Of a DNA stretch of 64,000 bases, positions 1 to 11,402 are shown piece by piece. This stretch comes from Ruminococcus sp. Its GTDB lineage: Bacteria; Bacillota_I; Bacilli_A; RF39; UBA660. The DNA is taken from positions 146,608 through 210,607 of the forward strand of contig JAMPHW010000002.1 in the NCBI GenBank assembly GCA_023663235.1, read 5' to 3'. Below the pieces are notes generated by a model. That model was not told the origin of the DNA. It worked only from the letters and a program-made list of their open reading frames with translations, and made no database searches. A program made the translations under genes and the position numbers. Positions within the stretch are counted from its first letter, which is position 1. Each line of letters starts with the position of its first letter.

Positions 1-474
1 ATTCTTTACTAAAATAATAATGTTTACCCATTTCCTATTTTTAGATAAAAATATTAAATTTAACTGTCTAATAGCTTCTTTTATACTTAGTTTACTATGA
101 CTTATATCAAGTATAAAATTATTAGATTGATTTCTTTTTTTCTTTATTGAAGTATCTAAAGTATGTTTCCCATTACCATATATTTCTTTTAAATCCCAAT
201 ATTCATTATTCCATAAGTAATCAGGAGTGACTATATTTTCTGGAACATTAATTCTAGGTAACATATATATTTTCCCACCAAAAGTACTCTCCAACCATAA
301 AGCTATTTCTTTTTCTTCTAAAGAATAATCTAATATTACATTTTTTCCATCCACAAAATATCTTTTATTTTCGTATTCAAAATATAATCTATCCTTTACG
401 ATATGATTATTTGGTATAGCTTTTTCTATCATATCATTAGTTACATCTATAAACGCTTTTACATTACATACCAT
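1..474 (-). CDS. Hypothetical protein; start lies in the window and the 3' end runs off the left edge; possible small nuclease/toxin-type module
   Basis: Absent from the ORF track because no stop lies in the window. ATG at 474-472, frame open to base 1 (158 codons): MVCNVKAFIDVTNDMIEKAIPNNHIVKDRLYFEYENKRYFVDGKNVILDYSLEEKEIALWLESTFGGKIYMLPRINVPENIVTPDYLWNNEYWDLKEIYGNGKHTLDTSIKK... The A.WL..FGG.I.MLPRI....TPDYLW....WDLKE block recalls CdiA-CT/tRNase-like toxin modules of polymorphic-toxin and phage/plasmid proteins. That family call is from memory only. Confidence 0.45.
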   Translation of the reverse strand, partial: MVCNVKAFIDVTNDMIEKAIPNNHIVKDRLYFEYENKRYFVDGKNVILDYSLEEKEIALWLESTFGGKIYMLPRINVPENIVTPDYLWNNEYWDLKEIYGNGKHTLDTSIKKKRNQSNNFILDISHSKLSIKEAIRQLNLIFLSKNRKWVNIIILVKN

Positions 475-622
475 AACTCCTCTTTCTACTACTTTTCCTA
501 ACACACTTTTTCTATTTTAAATAAAAATCCAATAATTGTAAAGAAAAAGTGTTCGACAAATTTTGCACTCCCGAATAGTTTAATTTTTAATCTTTTTTTG
601 TTATACTTATAAAGGTGATATT

Positions 623-1732
623 ATGGAAGCTGTAGGCATTATTTGTGAATATAACCCTTTACATAAAGGACATATTTATCATATTGAAGAAACCAAAAAA
701 TTATTTCCAGGAAGAGCTATTATTCTTGTTTTAAATGGCTATTTTTTAGAACGTGGTGAAGTTAGTATATTATCTAAAGAAAATAAAACTAAATTAGCTT
801 TAATCTATGGCGTTGATTTAGTAGTAGAGCTTCCCTTTATCTTTGGCAGCCAAAGTGCTGATATCTTCGCTGATGCTTCCTTAAAAATATTAAATTATCT
901 GCATTGTAATTATCTTGTCTTTGGTAGCGAATGTAACAACATATCTTTACTTGAAAAAGTTGCTGATATCGAAAATACCCAAGAATACAATGATAAAGTT
1001 AAAGAATATTTAAGTACTGGTATAAACTACCCTACTGCCCTTGCTAAAGCTTTAAATATATCTGAAAATGTATTTAATCCTAATGATTTACTTGGTATAT
1101 CTTATTTAAAAGCTATCAAGAAAAACAATTATAATATTAAAGCTTATACTATTAAAAGAACATCTAATTATCATGATTTAGATGAAAATAATGAAATAAT
1201 AAGTGCTAGTAATATACGTAATAAAATAAAACTTAAAGAAGACATCTCTCTTTATGTACCTAGAAAGACTATTAATTGTCTTGAAAATATCACTTCAAAT
1301 AATTTCTTTCCTCTATTAAAGTATAAAATCCTAACAGATAATGATTTAAGCAAATATCTCACCGTCGATGAAGGTATAGAAAATCGTTTAAAAGAAAAAA
1401 TAAGACTAGTAAATAATATTGAAGAACTTATTAAAGAAGTTAAAACTAAACGTTATACTTATAATAAAATAAGTAGAATGCTAATTCATATCTTAATTGG
1501 TGTTCCAAAAGATATTAATAAACTAGCTAGTATTGAATATATAAGAGTTTTAGGTTTTAACAAAAAAGGTCGTGATTATCTTCATAATTTAGATAATCTA
1601 GATATATCATTAATACCTATTCCTAATACTAATACTTATAAGTTTGAACTATTAGCCGCTGAAGTTTATCAATTAATAAGTCAAAATAAAATATTAGAAT
1701 TTGAAAAAAGTAATAAACCTATCTTCTTTTAG
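623..1732 (+). CDS. tmcAL: tRNA(Met) cytidine acetate ligase (YlbM/UPF0348 nucleotidyltransferase family)
   Basis: 369 aa. The N-terminal GIICEYNPLHKGHIYHI (HxGH nucleotidyltransferase motif) and overall length match the TmcAL/YlbM family. GGTGA lies upstream of the ATG. Confidence 0.85.
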   Translation: MEAVGIICEYNPLHKGHIYHIEETKKLFPGRAIILVLNGYFLERGEVSILSKENKTKLALIYGVDLVVELPFIFGSQSADIFADASLKILNYLHCNYLVFGSECNNISLLEKVADIENTQEYNDKVKEYLSTGINYPTALAKALNISENVFNPNDLLGISYLKAIKKNNYNIKAYTIKRTSNYHDLDENNEIISASNIRNKIKLKEDISLYVPRKTINCLENITSNNFFPLLKYKILTDNDLSKYLTVDEGIENRLKEKIRLVNNIEELIKEVKTKRYTYNKISRMLIHILIGVPKDINKLASIEYIRVLGFNKKGRDYLHNLDNLDISLIPIPNTNTYKFELLAAEVYQLISQNKILEFEKSNKPIFF

Positions 1733-2100
1733 TTTATTACTTTTTATTTTATAAAAAAATATGATTAATTTGATATTCTCTTATAAATACTTAAAAATGC
1801 CATAACCTTTATTTATAAGTATTTACGATATTTTTATTTTCGTAAAATAATCACATATATTTTCATATTTCTTATATTTTCGCTTTCAAAAGTAGTAAAT
1901 TTCAACAATTGTTTTATAACATTAGTTCTTAAATACTATATTTAAAAATACTATGGCATTCATAGTATTAGAATATAACCTTCATGAACGAAACTGTGTT
2001 GTATAACCACTAAAGTCTTCGCTATAATAAGAGATAGTATTACCACTTATTATGTAGCATGAAGCATATAGCGTTTAAAATAAAATTGTTATGTAATAAT

Positions 2101-2589
2101 TTAAAAATTCTTATTCAATAAGGAACATATTATATTAAAATGTTGAATAATTTCACTATCTGATAAAGATGAGCAATCAATGGATATTCCAAATTTATTA
2201 TCAAAACTGTTATCAATCTTATTTAATACATCATACTTATTATCACCAATTCTATATATATCAATAGTACAATCTTTATATTCATATATATTTAACTCTT
2301 TTTTATAATTACGTATTAAAGTTTCTAAATCAATATTAGTCATTTGACTTTTTGTAACATAGAATTCAAATTCAATTGAATTAATATTGAAACATATATC
2401 TCCTTTGTTCTCCACTGATATTACTGGCATATAGTATTTTTGTTTATAATAATTATTATTTATACTTATAAAATGATTATTATATGATTGAAGAGATGTT
2501 TTGTAGTGCAAATCATTAATTTTTTTGTTAAGTTCTTCAGCTTTGTTATATATATTATTTAAAATATTATGCATTTCTAAAATATCCAT
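2101..2589 (-). CDS. Hypothetical protein (162 aa), no recognisable motif
   Basis: Clean ATG-to-stop ORF with AGGAG-like RBS (ggagattaaatATG). Asn/Ile/Lys-rich, no TM segment. Confidence 0.5.
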   Translation of the reverse strand: MDILEMHNILNNIYNKAEELNKKINDLHYKTSLQSYNNHFISINNNYYKQKYYMPVISVENKGDICFNINSIEFEFYVTKSQMTNIDLETLIRNYKKELNIYEYKDCTIDIYRIGDNKYDVLNKIDNSFDNKFGISIDCSSLSDSEIIQHFNIICSLLNKNF

Positions 2590-2738
2590 ATTTAATCTCC
2601 TATAAATTTATCTATATTCATTTTATCATAAATATCTTTAATACTAAAGTATACATCTAATTTAAAGTAAATTTTAAAGAAGTAAAAAGTAATGAATTAA
2701 ACTTAAAATTTTATATAAAAAACTAAAAAAGAAAGCTA

Positions 2739-5700
2739 CTATTCTTCACTTTCTAATTCATTATCATCATTTATAATATCTTCCGCTACTTCTTCAGTAG
2801 TTTCTTCATTATCTTCAATATCTGGCATATTTTCTGCCACTTCTTCATCATCAGCAAGTAATTTATCTTCTAAGAATTCACTAGGTTCATCATCCATAAA
2901 TTCTTTTTCTAAGAAAATATCAATATCACTGTAATCTTTAATACCAGTTCCAGCTGGAATTAATTTACCAATAATAACGTTTTCTTTTAGACCTCTTAGA
3001 TAATCCACTTTACCTTTTATCGCAGCTTCTGTTAAAACTCTTGTAGTCTCTTGGAAAGATGCTGCTGATAAATAACTATCAGTTTCAAGTGATGATTTTG
3101 TTATACCAAGCATAATAGGTCTACCAGTCGCAGGTATTCCACCTCTTAAAATAACTGGTTTATTACCCTCTGTAAAGTCATGTAATGATACTGTTAAACC
3201 TTCAACAAATTCTGTATCCCCAGCATCAACAATTCTAACTTTATTAATCATACGTTTAACAATTATTTCAACGTGTTTATCATTAATATCAACACCTTGT
3301 AATTTATAAACTGCTTGGATTTCCTTTAAGATATATTCTTGAGCAGTAAGTGGATCAGTAACCGCAAGTAACTCTTTCGGAGCAATAGAACCTTCTGTTA
3401 ACTTTTCACCTGCTACAACAGTATCTCCTACTTCAACACGAAGTTTAGTATTATAATTGGTAATATGTTCACGAACTCCAGCTTCATTTTCCACAACAAC
3501 TTTATGTTTTCCGCCTTGATCTTCAATATGAATTACTTTACCGTTAATTTCAGATACAGTTGCTTTAAATTTAGGAGTACGAGCTTCAAATAACTCTTCA
3601 ACTCTTGGAAGACCTTGTGTAATATCATCTCCACCAGCAACACCACCTGTATGGAATGTACGCATAGTAAGCTGAGTACCAGGTTCACCAATTGATTGAG
3701 CAGCCATAATACCTACTGCTTCTCCAGTTTCTACTAAATTACCAGTCGCTAAGTTTCTACCATAACATTTTTGACAAACGCCATTTTTCGTTTTACAAGT
3801 AAGAACACTTCTAATTTCTACTTTCTTAACACCAGCTTTAATAATTTTAGCAGCTATATTTTCATTTATTAATTCATCTTTATCAACGATAACTTCTTTA
3901 GTTTCTGGATTTAAAACTTTTTTAGAAGTATAGCGTCCAATAATTCTTTCACTTAATGATTCAATAACTGAGCCATCTTTATCATTTAATAAGTCATAAA
4001 CTTCAACACCAGCGATAGAACCACAATCTTCTTCTTTAACAATTATATCTTGAGCTACATCAACTAAACGACGAGTTAAGTAACCAGAGTCGGCTGTACG
4101 TAACGCTGTATCAGCTGAACCTTTACGAGAACCGTGAGTTGATAAGAAGAATTCTGATACATTTAATCCTTCAATAAAACATGAAGTAATTGGGATTTCA
4201 ACAGTTGAACCATCAGGTTTGGCCATTAAACCACGCATACCAGCAAGTTGTGTAAAGTTTGAAATAGATCCACGAGCATTTGAGTTCATCATCATGAATA
4301 TTGGATTATCAAAATTATTAGCTGATATCTCTTGTAATTCTTTTTTAACTTCATCATTAGCTTCTGTCCATATTTCAATAACACTATTATAACGCTCTTG
4401 TTCAGTTATTAAACCACGTTTAAATTGTTTATTAACTTTTTCAACTTTCTCTTGAGCACTTTCAATAATCTTACCTTTATTTTCACTTCTTACAATATCC
4501 GATACAGACACTGTAATACCAGCAACAGTTGAATATTTAAAACCTAAATCCTTTAGTTTATCTAACATTATAGATGTTTCAGTTGTTTTATATCTTTTAA
4601 ATACTTGAGCAATAATCCACTCTAAATTCTTTTTAACAAATGGTTTACTAATTTCCATTTTAGCAATTTCTTCAGGAATATTTTTACCCATTTCAATAAA
4701 GAATTTACTAGGAGTTATACCTTCAATATTTTCTTTAGTTCCTTCATTTATATAAGGGAAAGAATCAGGTAATATCTCATTAAATATTATTTTACCAGCC
4801 GTAGTAACTAAATATTTATTAGTTTGTTCTTCTGTAAATAATTTATATTTAAATGATTTAACTGGTAAAGCTACTCTTGTATGTAATGTAATTTCTCTAC
4901 GCTCATAAGCCATTAATACTTCATTTGTATTTTTATATACTTTACCTTCATTAGGTTCTCCTGCTTTTTCAATTGTTAAATAACAGTTACCTAATACCAT
5001 ATCTTGTGAAGGTGTAACAATTGGTTTACCATCTTTTGGATTTAAAATATTACTTGCTGAAAGCATTAATATACGAGCTTCTGCTTTTGCTTCTTCAGAA
5101 AGCGGTATATGAACAGCCATTTGATCTCCATCGAAATCGGCATTAAATCCTGTACAAACAAGTGGATGTAGTCTTATTGCTTTACCACCAACTAATTTTG
5201 GTTCAAATGCTTGAATACCAAGTCTATGTAATGTTGGTGCTCTATTAAGTAATACTGGATGTTCTGTAATAACATCTTCTACAATGTCCCATACACATTC
5301 ATCTCTAGAATCAATTAATTTTTTAGCTCCCTTAATATTATGAGCAAGACCTCTTTCAACTAGTCCATGAATTACATGCGGTTTAAATAACTCTAAAGCC
5401 ATTTCTTTAGGAAGTCCGCATTGATACATTTTTAAGTTTGGTCCAACAACAATAACTGAACGACCTGAATAGTCAACACGTTTTCCAAGTAAATTTTGAC
5501 GGAAACGACCTTGTTTACCTTTTAACATACTAGATAAACTCTTAAGCGGACGATTTCCAGCCGCAGTTATACTTCTACCACGTCTACCATTATCAAATAA
5601 ACTATCTACAGCTTCTTGAAGCATTCTTTTTTCATTTTGAACGATAATTGTAGGAGCTCCAAGTTCTAATAGCTTTCTTAAACGATTGTTACGATTAATA

Positions 5701-6482
5701 ATACGACGATATAAATCATTTAAGTCACTTGTCGCAAATCTACCACCATCAAGTTGTATCATCGGTCTTAGTTCTGGTGGAATAACGGGTAATACATCTA
5801 AAATCATCCATTCAGGTCTATTGCCACTTTCCTCAAATGCTACTAAACAATCAAGTCTTTTTACTAAACGAATACGTTTTTGACCTGTTGCATTTTCAAG
5901 TTCTTTTCTTAAATCTTCTATTTCTTTAGTTAAATCAACTTGGCTTAATAATTCCTTAATCGCTTCTGCACCCATTCCAACTTTAAAACTATCACCATAT
6001 TTTTCATAATATGCACGATATTCTTTGTCAGATAAAGTTTGTTTTTTCTCTAACGGAGCAGTTCCTGGATCTATTACCACATAACTAACAAAATATAGTA
6101 CTTCTTCTAAATCTCTAGGTGACATATCTAAAACAAGACCCATTTTAGATGGTACACCTTTAAAGAACCATATATGGGAACAAGGAGCAGCAAGTTCAAT
6201 ATGCCCCATTCTTTCCCTACGAACACGTGATTTTGTTACTTCAACACCACATCTGTCACATATTACATTACGATATCTAAGTCTTTTGTATTTACCACAT
6301 GAACATTCATAATCTTTAGTTGGACCAAAGATTTTTTCACAGAATAAGCCGCCTCTTTCAGGTTTTAAAGTACGATAGTTGATAGTCTCAGGCTTTTCTA
6401 CCTCACCATAAGACCAGCTACGTATTTTCTCAGGTGATGCTATTCCTATTTTAATACCTTTAAAATTATTAACGTCTATCAT
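2739..6482 (-). CDS. rpoC: DNA-directed RNA polymerase subunit beta' with acidic C-terminal tail
   Basis: 1247 aa. Zinc-binding CSCGKY..C..CGVEV N-terminus and catalytic [12 protein letters not shown] motif. Starts 3 nt after the rpoB stop. Confidence 0.98.
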   Translation of the reverse strand: MIDVNNFKGIKIGIASPEKIRSWSYGEVEKPETINYRTLKPERGGLFCEKIFGPTKDYECSCGKYKRLRYRNVICDRCGVEVTKSRVRRERMGHIELAAPCSHIWFFKGVPSKMGLVLDMSPRDLEEVLYFVSYVVIDPGTAPLEKKQTLSDKEYRAYYEKYGDSFKVGMGAEAIKELLSQVDLTKEIEDLRKELENATGQKRIRLVKRLDCLVAFEESGNRPEWMILDVLPVIPPELRPMIQLDGGRFATSDLNDLYRRIINRNNRLRKLLELGAPTIIVQNEKRMLQEAVDSLFDNGRRGRSITAAGNRPLKSLSSMLKGKQGRFRQNLLGKRVDYSGRSVIVVGPNLKMYQCGLPKEMALELFKPHVIHGLVERGLAHNIKGAKKLIDSRDECVWDIVEDVITEHPVLLNRAPTLHRLGIQAFEPKLVGGKAIRLHPLVCTGFNADFDGDQMAVHIPLSEEAKAEARILMLSASNILNPKDGKPIVTPSQDMVLGNCYLTIEKAGEPNEGKVYKNTNEVLMAYERREITLHTRVALPVKSFKYKLFTEEQTNKYLVTTAGKIIFNEILPDSFPYINEGTKENIEGITPSKFFIEMGKNIPEEIAKMEISKPFVKKNLEWIIAQVFKRYKTTETSIMLDKLKDLGFKYSTVAGITVSVSDIVRSENKGKIIESAQEKVEKVNKQFKRGLITEQERYNSVIEIWTEANDEVKKELQEISANNFDNPIFMMMNSNARGSISNFTQLAGMRGLMAKPDGSTVEIPITSCFIEGLNVSEFFLSTHGSRKGSADTALRTADSGYLTRRLVDVAQDIIVKEEDCGSIAGVEVYDLLNDKDGSVIESLSERIIGRYTSKKVLNPETKEVIVDKDELINENIAAKIIKAGVKKVEIRSVLTCKTKNGVCQKCYGRNLATGNLVETGEAVGIMAAQSIGEPGTQLTMRTFHTGGVAGGDDITQGLPRVEELFEARTPKFKATVSEINGKVIHIEDQGGKHKVVVENEAGVREHITNYNTKLRVEVGDTVVAGEKLTEGSIAPKELLAVTDPLTAQEYILKEIQAVYKLQGVDINDKHVEIIVKRMINKVRIVDAGDTEFVEGLTVSLHDFTEGNKPVILRGGIPATGRPIMLGITKSSLETDSYLSAASFQETTRVLTEAAIKGKVDYLRGLKENVIIGKLIPAGTGIKDYSDIDIFLEKEFMDDEPSEFLEDKLLADDEEVAENMPDIEDNEETTEEVAEDIINDDNELESEE

Positions 6483-6485
6483 AAT

Positions 6486-9400
6486 CTACACCTCTTCCCC
6501 AAAGCTTTCGTCTTCTTCTAAATCTTCTATTTCTTCCTCATCAGGTTCTTCATCGAAGTCCTCTTCAAATTCATCTTCTTCGTCATCATAGTCTTCATCA
6601 GGCATAAGTGGCATATCAGATTTAACTTCAATTTCGCCTTCTCTAATACTAGCTTCTGTATCAATTTCATCAATCTTTAAAGCATTATCCTCTTTATCCT
6701 CTTCTTCTTCAAGTTCTTTAAATTCGATTACTTCGTCATTATTATCAATTATTTGCATATCTAAACCTAAAGCTTGGAATTCTTTAATTAATACTCTAAA
6801 TGATTCTGGAACACCAGCTTGATTAACAGTTTTACCTTTAACTAAAGCTTCATAAACTTTAACACGTCCTATTATATCATCAGCTTTAACTGTTAAAATT
6901 TCTTGTAAAACATGCGCAGCTCCATAAGCATATAATGCCCAAACTTCCATTTCTCCAAAACGTTGTCCACCAAATTGTGCTTTACCACCTAATGGTTGTT
7001 GTGTAACTAGTGAATAAGGACCTGTTGCACGAGCATGTAATTTATCATCTACCATGTGATGTAATTTTAACATATACATAACACCAACACTTATACGATG
7101 ATCAAATGGTTCTCCAGTACGTCCATTATAAAGAACTGTTTTTCCATCATCAGCCATATTAGCTGTTTTCATTTCTTCTTGAATATCTTCCCAAGTTGCA
7201 CTATCAAATACTGGGGTTGCATAATGTACACCTTGAATTTTACCAGCCATACCTAAATGTAATTCTAAAATTTGACCGATGTTCATACGAGATGGAACAC
7301 CAAGTGGATTAAGCATTACATCAACTGGACGACCATCAGGCATATAAGGCATATCTTCTTCAGGTAATACTAAAGATATAACTCCTTTATTACCATAACG
7401 TCCAGACATTTTATCTCCAACTTGAATTTTACGTTTTTGAATAATATATACTCTTATTACTTTAGAAACACCTGCAGGAAGTTCATCACTATTTTCTTTA
7501 GTATAAATCTTAACATCATGAACAATACCAGCTGCACCATGTTCTACTCTAAGAGATGTATCTCTAACTTCACGCGTTTTTTCACCAAATATCGCATGTA
7601 ATAATTTTTCTTCGCTTGTAAGCTCTTGTACACCTTTAGGAGTTACTTTACCAACTAAAATATCTCCTTCTTTTACCTCTGTGCCGATTCTTACAATACC
7701 ACTTGAATCTAGATTTTTACGAGCTTCCTCTCCAACATTTGGAATATCTCTTGTAATTTCTTCTGGTCCAAGCTTTGTATCACGACAATCAATGTCATAA
7801 TGTTCTAAGTGAAGTGATGTATAAACATCATCTTTAACTAATTTTTCATTAAGAATAACTGCATCTTCATAGTTATAACCATTAAATGTCATGAATGCTA
7901 CAGTCATATTTTTACCTAAAGCAAGTTCACCTTTTTCAGTAGATGGTCCATCAGCGATTACTTCGCCTCTATGAACTGCATCACCTTTTTTAACTAATGG
8001 ATGATGATTTAGGGCTGTTGAAGCATTTGTTCTTTCAAAATCTGCTAAATAATAAGTATCTTTTCCTTTAGCATTTTTAACAATTATCTTTTTACCATCA
8101 GCATATTCTACTACACCATCAGCTTTACATACAATAGTAGAGCCTGAATCACGAGCAGCAATATATTCAACACCTGTACCAACAATTGGAGCTTCACTTG
8201 TAAGAAGTGGCACTGCTTGACGTTGCATGTTTGCACCCATTAATGTACGGTTAGCATCGTTATATTCTAGGAATGGAATACAACTTGTCGTAATTGAAAC
8301 GATTTGACTTGGAGCAACATCGACATAGTTAACATTTTCTCTTTTAACCATAACGTTATCGCCATTTAAACGACATAATATTTCTTCATTAACAATTTTA
8401 TTTTTGTCATCTAATTTAACAGTTGCCTGACTAATATAGTAATCAGTCTCTTCATCAGCTGTCATATAAACTATTTCATCAGTTACTACTGCATCTTTAA
8501 CTTTACGATATGGAGTCATTACAAAACCATATTCATTAATTTTAGCATAACCAGCTAAAGATGTAATAAGACCGATATTTTGACCTTCTGGAGATTCAAT
8601 CGGACAAATTCTACCATAGTGAGAAGCATTAACGTCACGAACATCCATACCAGCTCTGTCTCTTGATAATCCTCCAGGTCCAAGGCTTGATAAACGTCTC
8701 TTATCTGTAAGTTCGGCAATTGGATTGATTTGATCCATAAATTTAGATAATTGAGATGAACCAAAGAACTCTTTTAACGCTGCTGTAACAGGTCTAATAT
8801 TAATTAATGTTTTAGGTGTTACACTATCAATTTCTTGAGTTGTCATACGTTCTCTGATAACTCTTTCCATACGAGACATGCCAGTTCTAAAAACATTTTG
8901 AATTAATTCGCCAACTTGACGAACACGTCTATTTCCTAAATTATCAATTTCATCAGTATTACCAATATTATCATGTAAATTTAAATAATATGATACAGAT
9001 GCATAAATATCAGGTATTGTAAGTCTTCTAACATCAATACTTTGATCATTACCTATTATTTTAACTACCTTTTCCGTATTTTCTTTATCATATACTAAAA
9101 CTTCTTGAATTTTATCATACTCATCAAGTTCTTCATTAATTATTGTTTTTTTAACATTAAATCCATTTGCAAAAATAGGTTTAATTTCATCTAAAACTTC
9201 TTTAGTAACAACTGTACCTTTTTCTACTATAACTTTTTTACCATCTTTAATATCTTCTGCTAAAGTACATCCAAGTAAACGGTCTAATACATTTAATTTC
9301 TTATTAAATTTATAACGTCCAACTTTAGCTAAATCATAACGGAATCTATCAAAGAATCTCGTTACTAATTGGTTTTTACTACTATCAAGTGTTGCAGGTT

Positions 9401-10130
9401 CACCTGGACGTAATTTCTCATAAATTTCAATTAAAGCTTCATCAGTATTTCTTGTACTATCTTTTTCAATTGTATTGCTTAAATAATCATTTTCACCAAA
9501 TACTGCATAAATATCTTCATCACTTGATAGGCCTAAAGCTCTTAAGAATGTTGTAACTGGTACTTTTCTTGTTCTATCAATTCTTACATACATTATATTA
9601 CGAGCATCAACTTCATACTCTAACCAAGTTCCTTTATTAGGTATTACTTCTCCACTAATAATACGACGACCATTTTTATCTATTTCTCTTTTGAAATAAA
9701 TAGATGGACTTCTAACTAATTGGGAAACAATAACTCTCTCAGCACCATTAATAATAAATGTTCCTGAATCAGTCATTAAAGGCATATCGCCTAAGAATAT
9801 TTCTTGTTCTTTAACTTCACCAGTTTCGTGAATAAAAACTCTTGCTTGAACTTTTAATGGCGCAGCATAATTCACCATACGTTCTTTAGCTTCTTTAATA
9901 GAATATCTAGGTGTGTCAAAAGAATATTCCCCAAACTCCAAGGAAATATTACCAGTAAAACTTTCTACTGGAAACAAATCTTCAAAGACTTCTTTAATCC
10001 CCACTTCTAAGAATTCTTGATAACTCTTTTTTTGAATTTCAAGTAAATCTTGTAACTCCATTGTGTTTCGACTCTTAGAGAAAGTTCTTCTCTCTCTATG
10101 GTCTCCAAATTTTTTAACTTTATAAGCCAC
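6486..10130 (-). CDS. rpoB: DNA-directed RNA polymerase subunit beta with long acidic C-terminal tail
   Basis: 1214 aa. Conserved blocks [24 protein letters not shown] and [18 protein letters not shown] start at 10130-10128 preceded by GGGGTGA. Confidence 0.98.
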   Translation of the reverse strand: MAYKVKKFGDHRERRTFSKSRNTMELQDLLEIQKKSYQEFLEVGIKEVFEDLFPVESFTGNISLEFGEYSFDTPRYSIKEAKERMVNYAAPLKVQARVFIHETGEVKEQEIFLGDMPLMTDSGTFIINGAERVIVSQLVRSPSIYFKREIDKNGRRIISGEVIPNKGTWLEYEVDARNIMYVRIDRTRKVPVTTFLRALGLSSDEDIYAVFGENDYLSNTIEKDSTRNTDEALIEIYEKLRPGEPATLDSSKNQLVTRFFDRFRYDLAKVGRYKFNKKLNVLDRLLGCTLAEDIKDGKKVIVEKGTVVTKEVLDEIKPIFANGFNVKKTIINEELDEYDKIQEVLVYDKENTEKVVKIIGNDQSIDVRRLTIPDIYASVSYYLNLHDNIGNTDEIDNLGNRRVRQVGELIQNVFRTGMSRMERVIRERMTTQEIDSVTPKTLINIRPVTAALKEFFGSSQLSKFMDQINPIAELTDKRRLSSLGPGGLSRDRAGMDVRDVNASHYGRICPIESPEGQNIGLITSLAGYAKINEYGFVMTPYRKVKDAVVTDEIVYMTADEETDYYISQATVKLDDKNKIVNEEILCRLNGDNVMVKRENVNYVDVAPSQIVSITTSCIPFLEYNDANRTLMGANMQRQAVPLLTSEAPIVGTGVEYIAARDSGSTIVCKADGVVEYADGKKIIVKNAKGKDTYYLADFERTNASTALNHHPLVKKGDAVHRGEVIADGPSTEKGELALGKNMTVAFMTFNGYNYEDAVILNEKLVKDDVYTSLHLEHYDIDCRDTKLGPEEITRDIPNVGEEARKNLDSSGIVRIGTEVKEGDILVGKVTPKGVQELTSEEKLLHAIFGEKTREVRDTSLRVEHGAAGIVHDVKIYTKENSDELPAGVSKVIRVYIIQKRKIQVGDKMSGRYGNKGVISLVLPEEDMPYMPDGRPVDVMLNPLGVPSRMNIGQILELHLGMAGKIQGVHYATPVFDSATWEDIQEEMKTANMADDGKTVLYNGRTGEPFDHRISVGVMYMLKLHHMVDDKLHARATGPYSLVTQQPLGGKAQFGGQRFGEMEVWALYAYGAAHVLQEILTVKADDIIGRVKVYEALVKGKTVNQAGVPESFRVLIKEFQALGLDMQIIDNNDEVIEFKELEEEEDKEDNALKIDEIDTEASIREGEIEVKSDMPLMPDEDYDDEEDEFEEDFDEEPDEEEIEDLEEDESFGEEV

Positions 10131-10199
10131 GATTTCACCCCAATATCTAAATTATTTGTGCTTAATTTTTTGCAAAAAACAATACGTCACCAATTTAAA

Positions 10200-10228
10200 A
10201 TTATAGCAACGTTTTATTTTTATGTCAA
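10200..10228 (-). promoter_or_regulatory. Consensus sigma-A type promoter for rpoBC
   Basis: Minus strand reads TTGACA-17 nt (TAAAAATAAAACGTTGC)-TATAAT, including a TGC extended -10. The -35 overlaps the stop of the upstream methyltransferase gene. It lies about 70 nt upstream of the rpoB start. Confidence 0.6.
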
Positions 10229-10821
10229 TTCCTTTTTGCTAGGAAAATCCCAAAACCTTTCTTTTTTTCTATAACTTCTATATTATATATATCCTTTAAA
10301 GCTTTCACAATACTATCCGATCCTTGATTTTTTCTTATTACAAACCATAATTCACCTTCGGGACTTAAATAATCTTTAGCCTCTTTTAAAATCGCTAAAA
10401 CAACACTTTTACCCGCTCTAATGGGTGGATTAGTTATAATTAAATCAAATCTATCATTAACATTTTCATAAATATTACTTTCCTTAAATGTTACTTTAAC
10501 TTTATTTTTACGAGCATTCTCTCCTGCTAGTTTTAAAGCTCTGTTATTAATATCTATCCCCATACCTTCAATATTTAATGCTCCTGCTATAATAATGCTT
10601 ATAAAACCATACCCACATCCAACATCTAAAAAATTATTTATTTTCTTATTATTAAAGTTATTTAAAAAAGTTTCTACTAAAAGCTTACTGCCATAATCTA
10701 TTTTATCTTTACTAAATACTCCATTATCACTTAAAAACTCATAAGAAGAATTACCATAAGTATATTTTATGATACGAAGCTCACTTTTTAAATTGGAGTT
10801 ATTTGTGAAATAGTGGTCCAA
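10225..10821 (-). CDS. Class I SAM-dependent methyltransferase, RsmC/YbxB-like (small-domain rRNA N2-G methyltransferase type)
   Basis: 198 aa. SAM motif I DVGCGYGFISI and motif IV ITNPPIRAG. Its position directly upstream of rpoB matches Bacillus ybxB. TTG start preceded by AAGGGGA. Confidence 0.8.
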   Translation of the reverse strand: MDHYFTNNSNLKSELRIIKYTYGNSSYEFLSDNGVFSKDKIDYGSKLLVETFLNNFNNKKINNFLDVGCGYGFISIIIAGALNIEGMGIDINNRALKLAGENARKNKVKVTFKESNIYENVNDRFDLIITNPPIRAGKSVVLAILKEAKDYLSPEGELWFVIRKNQGSDSIVKALKDIYNIEVIEKKKGFGIFLAKRN

Positions 10822-10979
10822 GGCTATGTCCCCTTTTTTGTAATGTACTTTTAGTATAACAAAAATTTCGGATTAGTCAAGTTATATAAATACTTTTATG
10901 TAAAGAAAAAATTATCTTTTAATATAAAATTTGTTAAAAATTTACAAACAAAAAGCAAGTACCAAAGCACTTACCTTAA

Positions 10980-11402
10980 TTAATTATCATTCTTTAAAGC
11001 GTTTTCTAACCCTCTAAATGGTAGAGTAGCACAAGTTTTCCTATTACCTTGTTTATATATATCACTATAAGCTATACCTTCATTTAAAATATCTTCATTA
11101 TAATCTTTACCATCAGCCATTTGATAAAAGTTATTTATATAATCAAGTGCTTCTTCTTTAGTTTTACCAATTAAATTATTAATCATTACTGAAGTCGCTG
11201 ATATACTTATCGCACAAGCCTCTCCTTCAAAAGCAATATCTTCTATTACATCATTATTAAGTTTAATATATATATCTAGGTTATCAATACAAGAAGCATT
11301 ACGAGTATTAATTTTAATATAACTATCATCATCTATTCTTTTACGATTAGTTGGATGTATATAATTTTCCATAATTATTTCTCTTTTTGTTTCACTATCC
11401 AT
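10980..11402 (-). CDS. sufU: Fe-S cluster assembly sulfur-transfer/scaffold protein SufU (IscU/NifU N-terminal fold)
   Basis: 140 aa with three Cys in the expected contexts (NASCID, GEACAIS, KTCATLP). Abuts the sufS stop. Confidence 0.8.
   Translation of the reverse strand: MDSETKREIIMENYIHPTNRKRIDDDSYIKINTRNASCIDNLDIYIKLNNDVIEDIAFEGEACAISISATSVMINNLIGKTKEEALDYINNFYQMADGKDYNEDILNEGIAYSDIYKQGNRKTCATLPFRGLENALKNDN

Noticed and set aside
5686-5883. 65-aa plus-strand ORF antisense to rpoC. The same class of track entries occurs at 11816-12040, 25605-25847, 28982-29206, 29520-29726, 36194-36412, 40762-40956, 45038-45346, 49442-49642, 51240-51434, 52883-53086, 53405-53605, 56564-56797 and 57950-58165.
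   Set aside because: All are embedded antisense within longer ORFs that have strong conserved motifs or coherent operon context. They have no RBS. Their composition (Ser/Leu/Phe/Ile-rich) is what antisense reading of AT-rich coding DNA produces.
8555-8764. 69-aa same-strand, out-of-frame ORF inside rpoB.
   Set aside because: It lies entirely within a highly conserved part of rpoB in another frame. No start context and no plausible product.
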